Assembly: GCA_039922995.1 (NCBI GenBank) | Contig: JBDTDT010000045.1 | Coordinates: 16,657 to 80,656, forward strand | Direction: 5' to 3' | DNA: 64,000 bases | Origin: Nitrosospira sp. | GTDB taxonomy: Bacteria; Pseudomonadota; Gammaproteobacteria; Burkholderiales; Nitrosomonadaceae | Part shown: piece after piece, positions 62,534-64,000 of the stretch | Numbering within the stretch: the first letter of the stretch is position 1 | Layout of the letters: every line of letters starts with the position of its first letter | Notes under the pieces: generated by a model | The model's input: the letters and a program-made list of their open reading frames with translations, nothing else | Told to the model about the DNA's origin: nothing | Databases searched by the model: none | Program-made: the position numbers and the translations under genes

Positions 62534-63403
62534 CTAGGAAACTTGTTGAATTCCCGCCAGTAACCAGACGGATTCCGGATCCTTGAGGTTTTTCTGCACG
62601 TGCCAGATTTCGTCAAAGCCTTCCGGTGATTTTCCAGGAACTTCCCGTAACTGGCCGTTAAAGCGGACACTGGCAATAGCCAGGTCTTTCTCGGTAACGA
62701 CTTCAAGCAGATCCGCGTTGATAGCGAGCACCTCGGTTTTTTGGGGCTCATTGCCGCGCTCGTTGATCTGCATGCTGATCTCGGCAAACATCTCGGGGGT
62801 AGTGTATTCCCGGATGTCGCTTACATCATGCGCATCGTTGGCCGCTTGCAGGCGTATGAATGAAGTTTTGGCGTTGCGCAGGAAAGGCTCGACCTGAAAA
62901 TCAGCAGGAATATTCCTGGCGCTGCTGTCCTGGGAAGATACCGCCTGGACAGGCGTTGCCATGCTTGCCTGCGGCGCCGCTGCAGCCGGCGGAATGCCGC
63001 TATTGCCGGGATTGGCTCCCATTCCCGAATACTGCATCGGACGTGCGGACTGCTCTTGCCGCGGCTTGCGCAACATGCGAACGACAAAGAAAACCGCAGC
63101 CATCAGCGCGGCCAGCATCAGTACATCCATCATGTTGATGCCTTCAAACGCGCCACCCATGAAAAGTGCTGCCAGCAATCCTCCCGCAGCCAAACCAGCC
63201 AGGGGGCCCATCCACTTGCTGCCACCGGCGGCGGCTGGTGCGGTAGACGGCGCTTGTCCGGGTTTTGGAGCAGCTTGCGGGCTCATGGCTTCACGTTGCT
63301 TGCCGATACTTTTACCTCCACCAAAGCGTTTTGCTTCAGCATCAAAGGCGGCCAATCCGAAGCTAAGCATGGCCAAGGTCAACAGGGTCAATATTTTCTT
63401 CAT
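62534..63403 (-). CDS. Tim44-like domain protein
   Basis: AEAKRFGGG, FIRLQAAND, ASVRF.G, FDEIWH, WLLAGIQQ. Confidence 0.92.
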   Translation of the reverse strand: MKKILTLLTLAMLSFGLAAFDAEAKRFGGGKSIGKQREAMSPQAAPKPGQAPSTAPAAAGGSKWMGPLAGLAAGGLLAALFMGGAFEGINMMDVLMLAALMAAVFFVVRMLRKPRQEQSARPMQYSGMGANPGNSGIPPAAAAPQASMATPVQAVSSQDSSARNIPADFQVEPFLRNAKTSFIRLQAANDAHDVSDIREYTTPEMFAEISMQINERGNEPQKTEVLAINADLLEVVTEKDLAIASVRFNGQLREVPGKSPEGFDEIWHVQKNLKDPESVWLLAGIQQVS

Positions 63404-63830
63404 GAAGGTCTCCGGAGATAGGGTTGAAGCGGAGAGTATAGCACTATCGATTCCTCCGGATGGAGGACAGTTTCATGAAATAAAAGATTTATTACATATG
63501 GTTCAGGAATGCCATCCGGTCCCATCCAGTCGTCCGACAGCCAATATTTGACGGGAGCGGTGTGGGCCGTTCCGCGCCGGATATATCGCTTAAGCAAATA
63601 CTCTCCATGATAGTGTCGCTGCATCATACTTAAAGACCGGGCGCTCCATCACCTATTGAGAGTTTCACCGCTCTCGCATATATTATTGCAAAAACCGGCT
63701 TCAATGTCTCCGTTCTCTAAAGAATATCTCATGGTATTCCCTGCTTTTATTTGAAGCCAGCCATGACTTTGTTGCTTTCCAGAGGTCAAACAAGTCCGAT
63801 TCATATCAGTTACTTTAATAAAATAAAAAA

Positions 63831-64000
63831 ATGACTTCACATCGCGATCCATCCTCAGTATCAGCCGATAAGCCATTCCTTGAAAACGCCCTGAAAAAAA
63901 GCCAGAAAGTAAAGGACAAGGTGGAGAAATGCGCCATCGAACTTTCTGCGGTCAATGAAACGGTAAAGAAGGAGATGGCGGCCGGCATCACATTGCAGCA
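63831..64000 (+). CDS. Hypothetical coiled-coil-rich protein, 5' fragment
   Basis: Open from ATG 63831 to the window end: MTSHRDPSSVSADKPFLENALKKSQKVKDKVEKCAIELSAVNETVKKE. Confidence 0.55.
   Translation, partial: MTSHRDPSSVSADKPFLENALKKSQKVKDKVEKCAIELSAVNETVKKEMAAGITLQ

Overview
Chromosomal window from a betaproteobacterial ammonia oxidiser, most likely Nitrosospira (inferred from a nitrollin-like beta/gamma-crystallin, a sigma54-driven PEP-CTERM gene and the gene order). Most of it is core genome: dnaG-rpoD-tRNA-Ile(CAT), sucCD, dacC-dat-ybeD-lipB-lipA, rimO, pgeF-rluD/bamD, tesA/ybbA...ybbP, dinB, potABCD and tim44-ubiJ-ubiB. Accessory and unusual parts: (1) an AT-rich islet after the tRNA with a solitary Sll1717-like P-loop ATPase interrupted by one in-frame TGA, plus a higBA-type module with a frameshifted toxin, an intact antitoxin and a leaderless-type promoter/operator; (2) an intact membrane Ser/Thr kinase-fold ORF lacking both catalytic aspartates; (3) a four-gene Mla/Pqi-type ABC operon in which every gene is broken; (4) a PEP-CTERM gene followed by a long G.U-rich hairpin; (5) an RND pair sitting between ybbA and ybbP; (6) squalene synthase-like, BT1-like and CruF-like genes; (7) three families of small non-autonomous repeat elements, one highly structured, several of which supply stop codons, C-termini or a start region to host genes. 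No CRISPR array, rRNA or intact integrase/transposase was seen. Product calls rest on motif recognition, not database searches.
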